DNA from: Camelus dromedarius
Taxonomy: Eukaryota
DNA: 64,000 nucleotides
NCBI RefSeq assembly: GCF_036321535.1
Contig: NC_087437.1
Location: 73,410,001 to 73,474,000 of the forward strand
Direction of reading: 5' to 3'
The position numbers were made by a program, and so were the translations under genes. The notes under the pieces were generated by a model, which searched no databases, had not been told where the DNA came from, and saw nothing but the letters and a program-made list of their open reading frames with translations. Positions 13,414 to 26,215 of the stretch are shown in pieces; position 1 is the stretch's first letter, and every line of letters begins with the position of its first letter.

Positions 13414-13854
13414 TAAGCTGAATCTTAGGCAAGGTGAACTGTAGAAGAAGCACAAAAGTAAAAAGATTCACAGAAACATAAAATGCAAGAAAAGTTTGGA
13501 GAAGTAAGAAAAATCCAAGTACTGGTAACAACAGAGATGAAGTCAGAAAGGCAAATTCTTAATTCACTTTGTTTGCACATCCATTTTTTTCACTAACACT
13601 TATTTATCACCTACCTATATTGACCAGGGGCCTATCCTTCAGGAGCTTAAAAGCTAGTCAGGGAAAGTGTAAATAAGCAAGAGGGGAAAAAAATAAGTAA
13701 TACTGTAGAGTGAGAATACAGGAAGACAAAAAATTAGCTAGGAAAATTCATCTAGCAAAAGTTCACATATTATAGTGGAAAAAAAATAAAACACAGATGC
13801 AGACACAGTAATTAGGAGGTGTGAACCTGTGAATGTGACCTTATTTGGAAAATA

Positions 13855-16800
13855 TATAGGCTCAAATGCATATATAAGAAAAAGAGAAATGCTAAAAATC
13901 AATAATCTAACTGTTCTTCTCTAGAAAAAGAAAAAGAATAGAAAATAAACCCTCCCTAAAAGCAGACTACGAAACAGGTAATAATGAAAAAGAAAACAAA
14001 CAATAAGAGTATCAACCATGAGTCAAAGATGGGTTCTTCAAAAAGTCTAATAACATTGGTAAACTCCTGGCAAGACTGATGTAGAAAATAATACCCAAAA
14101 TACAAATACGAGGAATGAGAATGGGGGCATCACTACAGATCCTCCAGGCACTAAAAAGATAATAAATGAACATCATGAACAACTTCATGTCACTTCATGT
14201 CAACTGATGTGAAAGCATGAAACTGACAAATTCTATAAAAACACAATGGCACAAGAAGAAAGAAAATCTAAACAGTAGCATAATTATTTAAAAATTGAAC
14301 TGTAACTAAAAATTCTTCCCATAAAAAATACTTCAGGCCCAGATGGCTTTACCAACAAATTCCACCAGTTAAAGGAAAAAGAAAATCGTACCCATCTTAA
14401 ACTCTTACACAAAATAGAAAAAGATGCATTAATTCTCAATTTTTTAATGAATCTAGCATGACCCTGATACCAAAACTTGGCAAGAGCATTATAAGAAAGG
14501 AAAATTAAAGGAAGGCCAATTTAACTAATAAATGTAGATGGGGAAGAAAAAACAAAGAAAATAATAGTCAGTTGAATCCAGTAACAGAATAAAGATATAT
14601 TCATCAAAACTAAACTGGAGTTATTCCAAAAATACAAAGGTGGTTTTTACTGTAATTCACCACTTAAAAAAAAGCTCATAATATCAATTCAAAATTAAGA
14701 TAAAGCATCTGATAAATTAAACACCATTTATGATAAAAATTCTGAAGCAATCTAAGAACAGAAACAAATTTTCCTAATCTGATAAAAAGAGTTCTATTTA
14801 AAAACAAGAAACCTACAGCAAACATCATACTAAATTTTGAAATGTTGAACACTTTTTTACCTCTGAGATTAGGAATGAGACAACAATGCCTGTAGTCACC
14901 ACTCTAATTCAATATCATAGTGAAGGTCCTAGCCAGTACAACAAGCAAAGGAAAAGAAAAAAAAAAGTATAAGGACTGGAGAGAAATAAGGCTTTAATTA
15001 TTCACAGATGGCATGACTGTATACATGGGAAATCCAAAAGATTCAACAAAGTATTAGAAATAAATGAAGTTATTTAGCAAGGTCTCTGGATATAAGGTCA
15101 CAATATCAAAAATCAATTATATTTTTATATGCCTGTGAAAAACTAGTAATATTTTAAAATATCATTTATAATATAAAAAATTACTTGAAATGTATAATTA
15201 ACTTAGACTAAATTTAATCTAAAATGTATAGTTATGCAAGACATCTACATATAGAAAAAACTAGAAAGTTTAATGGAAAGATAGTAAAGGGAATCTCAGG
15301 AAATGGAGAGATAAACCAGGTCATGGATTGCAAGATTTAGTATTATAAAGATGTCAATTTAGCCCCATATGAATTCATATGGATTTAATGCAGTAGCACT
15401 AAAAACCCCTGCAGATTTTTTTGAAAATTGATAAACTGCTACTAAAATTTACATGGAAAGGAAAAGGGCCAAGATTAGCTACAATAAACTTAAATAAGTA
15501 GGTGGACTTCACTGCACCCAATACCAGGATATATTATACAGCTATAATGAGACATTGTGATATTTATGCAAAAATAGTAAAATGGACCAATGAAACAAAG
15601 AAGAGAATACAAAAATAAACCCAGACATATATGGCTACTTGATTTATTATAAAAGCAGTATTGCAAAGCAGAGTCTTTCCCATAAATAGAGAGTAAATGA
15701 AAAAAATTTGGACCTTACTTCATAATTACAAAAATAAATTCTAGATGTTATCATATTAAAGGCAAAATAATAAAGTTTCTAGGGAAAAATGTTTTCATGA
15801 TGGTGTAATAGAGATTTTGTTAATAAGACACAAAGAATTAATCATAAAGAAAAAGACTGGTTTTTTGACTACATGGATAGATTTTAAGGTGTTCGTCTAC
15901 AAACACTATTAAAACAGTGAAAAGGTCAGAATGGAAGAAGATATTTGCAATACAAACAACTGATGTGTGGTTCACATCCAGCAGCCAAAAACAACTAGAA
16001 ATCCATAAATGACAATCCAACTAAATAAAAAGGGAAGAGAATTAACAGGTACTTCACAGGAGGATATTCAAATAGTCCATAATCCTTAGATCTCAGCCAT
16101 CAGAAATATAAATATAAATTACAATCACAATGTTATTTATACCATTACATAATGATCAGAATGGATAAAAGAAAAATACTGATATTACATTGGGCTGGTG
16201 AGGCAACAGAGCAACTGAAACTCTTATACGTTACTGGTGGGAATTATAAGTTGTTATAAACACTTTGGAAAACTTTTTCAACAAAAACTTACATAAAATG
16301 AACCAGCAATTTCACCAGCAAAAGAGCAGTACAGATGGTCCCCAACTTACAGTGGTTCAACTTTATTTTTTGACTTTATGATGATGTAAAAGCAACATAC
16401 ATTCAGCAGAAACTGTACTTCAAATCTTGAATTTTGATCTTTTCCTGGGCTACCAATAAGCAGTAGGATACTCTCATGATGCTGAGTAGTGGCAGCAAGC
16501 TGCAGCCCCCAATTAGCCAAGCCATCACAAGGGTAAACAACCTATACACTTACAACCATTCTATACCAATACAATCATTCTGTTTTTCACTTTCAGTACA
16601 GGAATCAGTAAATTACATGAGATATTCAACACTATATTAAAAACAAACTTTGTGCTAGATGACTAGTCCAATTATAGGCTAATGTAAGTGTTCTGAGCAC
16701 GTTTAAGATAGGCTAGGCTAAGGTGTGATGTTGTTAGGATAGGTGTCTTAAATTCATTTTGACTTAAGATATTTTCAACTTATCAGGCTATAACCCCCTC

Positions 16801-17280
16801 GTAAGTTGAGAAAGACTTGTACAATGATGTTCACAGCAGTACTATTCATAAAAGCCTCGAAGTGAAAATAAATCCACTGTCTGCCCAACATTAAAGCTGA
16901 TAAATTATGGATTAGTTATGGAACAGAATACTGTACAGTGGTGCTAAAAAAAAAAACTTCTGCTACATACATACAACATGGATGAACCTCACAATATCAG
17001 CAAAGAAATACTATATAAAGTTCGAAAACAGGTAAAGCTAACTTATGATGTTAGAAGTCAGAACTGTGGTTATTACTGGGGAAGAGAGGATTCATGATTG
17101 GAAAGGAGTGGGAGAGGGGCTTCTGGAGTGCTGTTAAAGATTTATTTCTTGACTAGGGTGATGGTTTCATGGATATGCTCACTTTGTAACATTCATCCAA
17201 CTGCACATTTACTATTTATAGTTTTCTGTGTGTATGTATACATATGTATAGCTAGCCAGCTAGATAGATACAGAAAGTTT
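13855..17280 (+). mobile_element. Ancient L1 (L1M/L1ME-like) ORF2 and 3' UTR remnant, interrupted by a Tigger element
   Basis: Degenerate ORF2 landmarks: caggcccagatggcttt, accctgataccaaaac, acctacagcaaacatcatact, ttattcacagatggcatgactgt. L1ME-type 3' UTR: gatgttagaagtcagaac...ggggcttctggagtgctg. Confidence 0.85.
16332..16819 (-). mobile_element. Tigger5/MER47-like TcMar DNA transposon derivative
   Basis: Terminal inverted repeats (TIRs) cagatggtccccaacttac ... cgtaagttgagaaagacttg, flanked by TA on both sides. Internal taggctaatgtaagtgttctgagcacgtttaagataggctaggctaag matches MER47. Confidence 0.85.
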
Positions 17281-17427
17281 TAATATTTCCTAAATCTGTG
17301 TCTCAAGTCTTGTTCAAGCCAGCCCATACTTCACATCTTCAAATGCTATTATTTACCTGGCACTTTGACTTGAATCAAGCCTCAAATCTCACAATTAACA
17401 TGGTCAAAACCAAAACTATTACCCCTT

Positions 17428-17886
17428 TGTTATGAGGTGTTGCATCTCCTTTAAAAATATGCTGACGCCCTAACTCCGAGTACCTGTGAATGTGACCTTA
17501 TTTGGAAATAAGGTCTTTGTAGACGTAATTAAGATGCAAATTAAGATAAGGTCAAACTGGATTAAGGTGGATTTAATCCAATATGATTGCTGTCCTTACT
17601 AGAAGAGAAACACACTTAGACAGAAACAGACAGGGAGAACGGCACATGATGACAAAGACAGTGACTGTAGTAAGCAGCTGCAATTCAAAGACCTAGATGC
17701 TGGCCACCACTGGAAGTTGGGATGAGGCAAGGAAGGATTGTACCCAGCGTCTTAGACAGATCATGGCCCTGCTGACACCTTGATTTCAGACATCTGGGCT
17801 CCAGTACTGTGAGAGAATAAAGTTCTGTTATTGTAAGCCACCCAGTTTGTAGTATTTTGTTATGGCAGCCCTAGGAAACTAACACA
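17428..17886 (+). mobile_element. MaLR solo LTR (MLT1C-like)
   Basis: TG...CA ends with 5-bp TSD ccctt/tcctt. Contains gaatgtgaccttatttggaaataaggtctttg and ends tttgttatggcagccctaggaaactaacaca. Confidence 0.88.
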
Positions 17887-19119
17887 TCCTTCCATGTAAT
17901 ATCTAATTCTTACCTCAACCTCCCTTTCAGCAATACTTACAGCATTCTTCTATCTGTCTAATGCAAAATATCCAAATGCATGAATTTTTCCCCATTACTC
18001 ATATCCTGGGATCATCAAGAAGTATTATTTTGCCCTTTTATTATCTCCTGTTTTCAAACTTTTCCCTTTCTTTTCTACCATTATCATCCTCATTCAGGTC
18101 TTAACTCTACATTCAGATTAACCTGCTTGTGATAAATCAGTATTCCTTAAATACTACTTTACCTATATCATATTCAAACTTCAGTAACATCACATATTCA
18201 AAACCACTCAGTAGCCTAGCTCTAGTCTACCTCTTTCAAAAATAAATATAATTGGTCCCCTAAGACACATTTTATCCTTTTATCAGCTATTTTTTTCAGA
18301 GTAACTAGAATAATCTCTGGTAGACACAGTGGTCAATTAAATACTGACAACATCCAATATAAACTTATTACCAGCTCCACATCATCATTCATATTTTACA
18401 AGTTCATGTTATGCCAACTCATGGCTTCAATACTGATCCATCATTTTATTCATTCTCAGTTGATGTCTTATTCCATTTTTGCCCAAAGGTTCTACTACTA
18501 AGTCTCAGCATCAGCCTGCATTCATTTATTCTCAAAATTTATCATTTAAATCACTAAAGATCAAACTTGTCCGTAACTTCTATCTCTTTTACTTGAAAGT
18601 GTCTCTGTACTTGCACGTATTATTTTCTTTTTCCCTGTCTAATAGAAGGAAGAGCCTCTCATCATTTCTAAGGCTAGCCACTCTCACCTGTGTTCGTAAT
18701 GTTTCCATTACTTTCTGTTCCTATACCTTGCCATATGAATGTGCTTTTCCCATCTATCCACCTCCCAAAGACAGAGAAGCCTCATCATAAAAAGCAAAAA
18801 GCTTTTCTTCAACATTCTGTAGTGGACACCATGGAAAATATATTCTCTTGGGCTATGGCAGTAACAGTATCTACTTTCTAAGAGCAGCAATGCCAATTTA
18901 AGAGACAAAGCTATAATACCCTGTGTCTCAAGGGGCAGCGAGCAATGACCTTGACAGTCTGCCCCTAGACATTCTCCTGGCTATGATTCTGGATATTGGT
19001 TCTGGATGCCAAGCCTCCTTTGGTTCTTCATTTCCATACCTGAACCACTCAGTATTCTTCAATAAATTTTCTTTTAGCCAAAGTTAAATCTAAAATGTTT
19101 GTAATTAAGAACTCTTATT

Positions 19120-19483
19120 TCTTTCTTAGCTCAGGCTGCTATAGTTAAATACCGCAGTCTGTGTGTTTAAATAACATTTATTTTTCACAGTTCTGGAGGA
19201 TAGGAAGTCCAAGGTTAGGATGTTAGCATGGCTGGGTTCTCGGAAGAACTCTCTTCCTGGCTTGCAGATGGATACCTTCTTGCTGTATCCTCAACATCAC
19301 GGAAAAAGGAAGCTCTAGTGTCTCTTCCTCCTCTTACAAGGGCACTAATCCCATTATGGACGTTTCAACCTCAAGACCTCATCTAAATCTAATCGCCTCC
19401 CAAAGAACTCTTCCTGATACCATCACATTGGGAGTTAGGGCTTCAACACAGGAATTTTGGGACAACACAGTAAGTCTATAACA
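19120..19483 (-). mobile_element. MaLR solo LTR (MLT1A-like)
   Basis: ggctgctata...tcacagttctggagg...gaagtccaag...tcttacaagggcactaatcccatt...ccatcacattggg. Confidence 0.8.
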
Positions 19484-19499
19484 ACTGATACATTATTCT

Positions 19500-20620
19500 T
19501 TCCCCTCAAATTATTCACTCATCTTCCTCTTTCCCAAGAGCAGACCCTTACACCCTACTACTTCTTCACTATCCCCTTAGTTAGCTTTTTGGAATCTGAC
19601 TTTTCTCCTAACCACTTTTACTAAATTACTGAGTCATCAATGCTCTCCACTTAACTATCAAATGCATTTGTCTATTTATCAATATTTTGTTCCTAGATTA
19701 TTTCTCCTCTCCCTCCCTCTTATCCAATCAAATTACCTCAGTCTTTAAAATTTTTCCCAGTCTTCTGCCCCAACTACCCCTTCCTCCCTTTTCTCTTCTT
19801 CTTCCCTTCCCTTCTCCCTCTCTGCCTCCTCTCTCTCTGAAACAGCTCATGTATTACAAATACTTCAATCCTGATCATTCCCAATTCCACATCCTACCCT
19901 CTCATAACAAATTTTCAACTATAGCTCCAAAAAATATGCCCCAGAGACATCAAAATTAAAATGCCTCCAAAAAGTCACTAGATTGACTCATCAATTCTTT
20001 AACCGTCCTTTTCTAGTCATTCAAGAGAGAAACCTAAATTCATATCCAACTCTTAGCTCCTCACCCATGATGCTATCCAAACACCACATAATCTACTTCT
20101 CACTATCATCCCTCCCTTCAAATTCTTCTGCCAGATTGCCATTTACCTCCACAATCCTCTCTTCCCATGGACAATCACAATGGTTTTCCCTTTCACTTGC
20201 TTCTCATATCTCCCATACATCTTTTACACTGCTATCAGAGCTATCTAATATTCTTAAATCACAGACAGACTCAGTAGTTACCTGCTTCCAAAACTTTCTC
20301 CCTGCCTGCCATACAAAGTCTCATCTCCTCGGCATCAGCAAAGAATTCAAAAATCTATAATTCCCCTCCATGAAGCTCATGCTTGACCCACATGAAAACA
20401 TTAATTCCTTCCACAGAGTCCTCAGTCCACTGCTCTTTTCAGCCTGGAATGCCCTCTTTTTCACTGACCTTCCCTCACAAAAGGAAAACTCTTCCTTCAA
20501 GGTTCAGCTAGAAAATTAGCTCTTCAGTTAAGTCTTCCTCCATTCCCAGTTAAACCACTCTTTATTCTGTAATCTCAAGTCACTTTGTACTTCCAATATA
20601 AGACAATTCATTTTCCCTTG
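19500..20620 (+). mobile_element. L2 LINE remnants
   Basis: Pyrimidine-rich L2-like motifs (gcctggaatgccct, ttccttcaaggttcagct). Boundaries approximate. Confidence 0.5.
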
Positions 20621-20766
20621 CATTATTGGTATTTGTATTTGTAAAGCACTTGACTGCCATTCATAAGGATTTCATTTAATTTTCACAGCAATGCTGCAAA
20701 GGAGGTATCATTTAGCTAAGTGTATAGGGCATGAAACAGGCAGAAAGTTAAGTAATTGGGTTTAAA

Positions 20767-20768
<2 letters not shown>

Positions 20769-20808
<40 letters not shown>
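20769..20808 (+). repeat. (AC)20 microsatellite
   Basis: Perfect AC dinucleotide run. Confidence 0.97.
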
Positions 20809-20811
<3 letters not shown>

Positions 20812-21103
20812 TTTCTAATTCCAAATCTGCTAACAGTTAAATTTTAAATTTCTTAAGAGCAAAGACTCCAAGGGACCTAACAGTCCTTTCTGTGGAACAA
20901 AATGCTTTGTGTTTTAATATTCTCTTCCTTGTCTGAAATAACCCTGTTTTACCTGTCTGAACTCTCATCCATTCCTGAAGACATAGCTCAGAATTATCAT
21001 TTCCTCTAATTAGCTTTCCCTGACTCTTCTAGGACTTATCGATCTTTTTTTAGACTGTATCATACTACTTGGTATGTTATTATAAATAACTTTTGTGCAT
21101 ATG

Positions 21104-21135
<32 letters not shown>

Positions 21136-24014
21136 AAATCTAACTTGCAGTTAGTCTTACCAATGGGTTTATAAGCTTGGGAGCAGTCAGCACGTCTTAT
21201 TCCACTGGGGTATACTCTATATTGCCTACTACTTGGTTGGTGCTCTATCATCTGTTTACTAATGCTCAGTAGCCCACAGTCCATCCCCTGCTTTAATTTC
21301 TAAGCACTGTATTTTTGGCATTACCAGTATAGATCAACTGTTGTGACTAATTAAAATGTTATCACATTTTAAGGGTAAATATTATTCAACTCACTCTTGA
21401 AATTTAAAGCTCACACAAAGGTCAAGGAAGTATTTTAATCATCTGAAGGAAGAAAAGTCTAGAGTGACTATTTTAGATGACTGTAGAGGGCAGCAAAGCA
21501 ACAGTAGTATTCTCAAAGAAAAATAATATATTTTTCTTAGGGAACTTCAGATTTGTTTTTATATTTTAACAGATGCTGTTAGGATTAAAGCTTTTACAAG
21601 ACAAGAGACTTTTTGACATGCTATATAAAAATTCCACCAGTACATATATGTTTAAATATTTTCACTATCAGTTACAAATATAACAAAAATATATCAATGC
21701 CCAGATCCTTTCATACATATATGGAAAAATAAGTTTGATAAACAATGTATGGTTTCAAAATAGCCACCATAATTGCTAACTCTTATGAATCTAAAAATTG
21801 ACAATGTTTTACACTGAAAAGTGTAAAAATAATCTTTCTTAAATACAGAAAAGAGTGTCAATAGTCTAACTAAAGTGTTATTTCCTGCTAAGAAAGATGT
21901 CTTCATTAGTATTACTAATTCTAGCCTTGACTTGCCTTTCTTTTTGTCATTTAAAATCAGTCAACTGTAGGGGCTATACCAGCTTTAAAAGAAAAATAAT
22001 GAATCTTTGACACTGTACTAGTTAGTGTATAAAAAACAGAAGGTAACAACTTGAAAGAGGAGTATCTTACTGTTATTTCAATATTAAAGTTCATTCTGGT
22101 TTTAATTTGGACTAGGTAAATGAAACTGTATCATGACAATATTCATATATTTATAATCTCAGAATTGTTTATAGGGATGAGGTAGCTACGATAAAAGTTG
22201 ATGTTCAATACAACTGCATTATTTGCATGTTTCCCAAAGCTTTTGTTGATAATTTTTTACCTCTTTTAAATTCAACAAACAGAAATCAGGGATTTAAAGT
22301 AACTGCTACAGCAATTAACATACGCAGACTCATGGGTTTAGTGAAAAATGTTATGACTTTCTAGCCCAGTGCCCTTAGTAAGCACAGAACTGTTAGCTAT
22401 GTACCGTCTCCCATTTGAATCTCTTCAATTAAAGAAAAAAAAATTAAACAAATTGAGACGCTTTAAAAAATTTTTGCGTTTACAATAAAGGAACCAGGGT
22501 ATCTCTAAGGAAATTTAAATACTAGATAGTTTATTGTCTAATTTAGTCAAATTTAAACTGAAATTATAACCATGAATGATTATCTCTAATCTAAATCAAA
22601 TTAGAAGGGATTTTGGCATTCATAATGACAAGGACACTTGTGAAAGGAAATCTTAATATAGCCCACAATAGTTATGACTAAATTAAATATAATATTAAGA
22701 AGTTTCAAAAACAATGACCTCAGATATTTTAGTAATGACAATCATGTCTATCATGGATAACTCATAGGAAGAATCACTATATGCAATTCATCTTACCATA
22801 GTTTTCCAATACTAACTTTTGATTAATATTCTTGTTTTTCCTCTGAAATGGAGCCACAGAAGAGTCAAGCACACTCTTTAACTGCATACAATGTTCTCAA
22901 ACGCTGAGTTGGAGTCCTAGCTGTATGCACCTTTTTCATATCTGCATCAATTTTTTTCATGTTCTTCCCAGTAACAGCACTGGTATAGCTCCATTACAAA
23001 ACAAAACAGCTTTCTTAAATTAAACCACTTTATTCCCAAAACTCAAGCCCAGACTGAGACATGTTATGTATAAAGTGAGGTGTCCCACCAAAGCTGCTTA
23101 AACCACATATATTCTAGGGTAAATAATATACTGCTGATTTTGCAACACCAAAGAAGAACCACCATATTTCTCCTAGAAGGTCAATTCTGCAAAACCTCAG
23201 ATTCAAAATGGGTAAGACAATGGAGAATAATGAGACAGAACTAAACAAAGTGAAAAGAACTTTTAGAAAAAGGAAAAACCAATGAAAAACTTCCTCACCA
23301 AGCAACATCTTTAAAACTTATCAACCTTTTCTAGTTTACTAAATAAATAAATACTATATATATATATGTACATACATATATATATACATACACACCCCCC
23401 ACACACACCCACACTCTTCCCCTCTACCCATTTTGGAAGGTAGGAATAGGAACAATGTCAGGATAGGAATATTATCAAGTATACAAGCCTTTCTAAGGAT
23501 AGAATTCCTATAGTGTCTTCTGTACAATATAAATATAGCTTCTGCAACATAACAGGTTGTTTAATTAGGCTGCAAAAAAGGATCGTTTACTCAAGAATTT
23601 CTTAGACCATTAATTAACTAATGTACACCGTGACTTTCCAAGAGGGAGGGGGTTACATGGTTAGTTTTTCCCACTCCTAAATGTATTCAATTACAGTATT
23701 TTCTTCCCAAAACATATCTTCTGAGACTAGCATTCTGTTAAACACTTTGGCAAACATTGCTCTAAATCTAAAAGCATGAAAAAATGAATAGAATTTGCTC
23801 CAGGGACTAAGGATTTGAAAGATACCTAGGATCAGACAGGAAATGAAGTCAAACTTAGAAGAGTTTTTGTAGTTATTTATTACAGCTATTATTCTGTTTT
23901 ATTATTTTATTTCAACATGGAAGATGAAATCATAAACCAAGTATTCTCTTGATTTCATTTTGTTCTATAGCAAATTCCTTAAACAGTTATTAAGGGGGGA
24001 AAAAAGCAAATGTT

Positions 24015-24572
24015 TGTAGGGGAGCAAAATCTGCCACTCCAAAACATATCTTTAGTACACAATTATTTCAAGCTGAAAACAATCAAGGCCCAAAAGTCTC
24101 AGGAAGAAACTGTGACCTTCCCTCTAACTGCCTAAAAAAATTTAGATAGCAGGGCTGTTCTACAATTAAGCTATCATCAGAGATATCTGCAAAGAGTACA
24201 GGCTAACTGTGGTGGGGGAAACTCAGCAGGGCCTAGAGATCAGAGTCCACTCTGCGTCCCATTGTTTCTACAAGGCCCGGAAAACATTTGTTTACCAAAC
24301 ATTTGCTTTTCCACCTTCATGTGAATTATCTTCCTCTCCTCTGAAGTCCCAAATCACTACCCCCAACACTCTCTTTTGTCTTTAAGGGAAGATAGTATTT
24401 AAGGTGAGAGTTTTGGCCATTTTGACAAGTTAATTTTCCTGGGTCTCTTCCACGTATACATGCTATTAAATTTTGCTTGATTTTCTCCTGTTACTCTGTC
24501 TCATGTCAATGTAATTCTTAGACCAGCCAAAAGAATCTAGAAAGGTAGAAAAAAATTTCTTCCTCCCTGACA
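24015..24572 (+). mobile_element. ERV1 solo LTR (MER34/MER39-like)
   Basis: TG...CA ends with perfect 4-bp TSD tgtt (24011-24014 / 24573-24576). Has TATA-like gtatttaa, attaaa and MER34-type ttttctcctgttactctgtct. Confidence 0.85.
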
Positions 24573-26034
24573 TGTTAAAACCTATATAGTTTAAAAAATT
24601 AACATGTGTTGATTCTGTGATATTTGCTATGATACATACAGTGAAGCCTGAGGCAAGGTCTTTACTGCAAAGAGAACACATCACAAAATAACTTTTAATT
24701 AAATACTAAACAATGAACATATAGAGTAACTACTTCAGGAAGAAGAAAAGCTGTATATAGACTTACAGGAGACAGGTCTCACTAAAATTTTGAATTCATG
24801 ACCTATAATTGTCATTTAGGAAAAAACTTAAAGTTCAACCTGGATAATGATTCACAACAAATTTTATTTACATAAATGATTAAACTATATCAGAGTCTAT
24901 TGTAAAAATAAAAATCATAAGCTTTCTGAAATTCAGGAAAGGATACAGGTTCAGGCTTGAAAGGTAATTTTACATAAAAATATAAAAGGTAATCAAAAGT
25001 TATGAAATAAATGGTGCTTAGATTTTTGGATCTGAGTGTCTGGCACACAAAATCATTCCATCACTTACTTAAAAGTTATTCGACTTTATCCTACATTTAC
25101 ATATTAATAGCCATTATTAATTAAGTGTCACATCTTTCACAAACCATACAGTCCAGACTGTCACTCTTTACAAGGACTTTAATAGATTACAGAATATGCT
25201 ATAGCAATATATTTTTAACTCGCTAATTTTTTAAGGAGTAAATTATAAACTGTCAAAATACTCTATTTTTTAACAAGGGTATCACTGACAGGTTCTCTTC
25301 AATGATTTTCAAATAATAGGCATAAGCCATAAGTTTTATTCCTTAACTATACAGATGCAAAATGTATATAAGAGCTGCTGAATCATTAAATATATATATA
25401 AGCATAAGTGGCATAAACAAGATAAAACAGTAAATATACATACACCTACAAGTATGTAATTGCTCAGCTTTTTCCAATTCCTTTTTCTGACACTGTAGCT
25501 AAATGCAAAAAAGGGTCTTTTCTGATTGCTTTTAAATTTGGTTCACTTTCCATTTGTATCTGTTTAGGATTCAGAAAGATTCATATGGGCAGTAAGTATT
25601 ATAGGCTCCGACCTGATACCGCTAGTAACTTGATAAAATAGAAGTGAAACTGTGAATACCTCTTCAACCCCACATTTTCAACTCCACATTTTTCAAATAT
25701 AACCACTAACATTCTAACTGATCATATGCAACTGCCAAGTCCTAAAATGTATTCTACATCATTAAGGGAAGATTCAACTAGGTTCCATACAATTACACAG
25801 TTGAGGTAATTTCACCGTATTCTAACATTCTTAAAATCGGGCATCTGTATATTTACCCAAGGTAAATTTTAAAAATATTTAAAAAGCACTGACTGGGCTA
25901 TATACATTCAAAGACATAAAGTGCAAATACAACAAGTCAATCAACTTGAAAACTCAACTATTCAGGTCATCAAGGTAGAATTTAAGAACAACAAGTATCA
26001 GGTTAGTTGGTTTATAATACGCAATATAATACAC

Positions 26035-26215
26035 GCTAAACATTTGAAGGTATATTTCACGCTCTCTGCTAAGTGTTTTATTCTTTCATTTAATCCTCAC
26101 AAGAACTCTACAGGCAAACTGATACTATCCTTTTCTGAAAAGATGAGAAGCCTTAAGTTTACTGAGGTTAAATAACTTACCAATGATTCACACAGCTAGT
26201 AAGTGGCAGTCTTTT
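26035..26215 (-). mobile_element. MIR SINE
   Basis: tcatttaatcctcacaagaactcta...gatgagaa...gaggttaaataacttacc...cacacagctagtaagtggcag. Confidence 0.75.
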
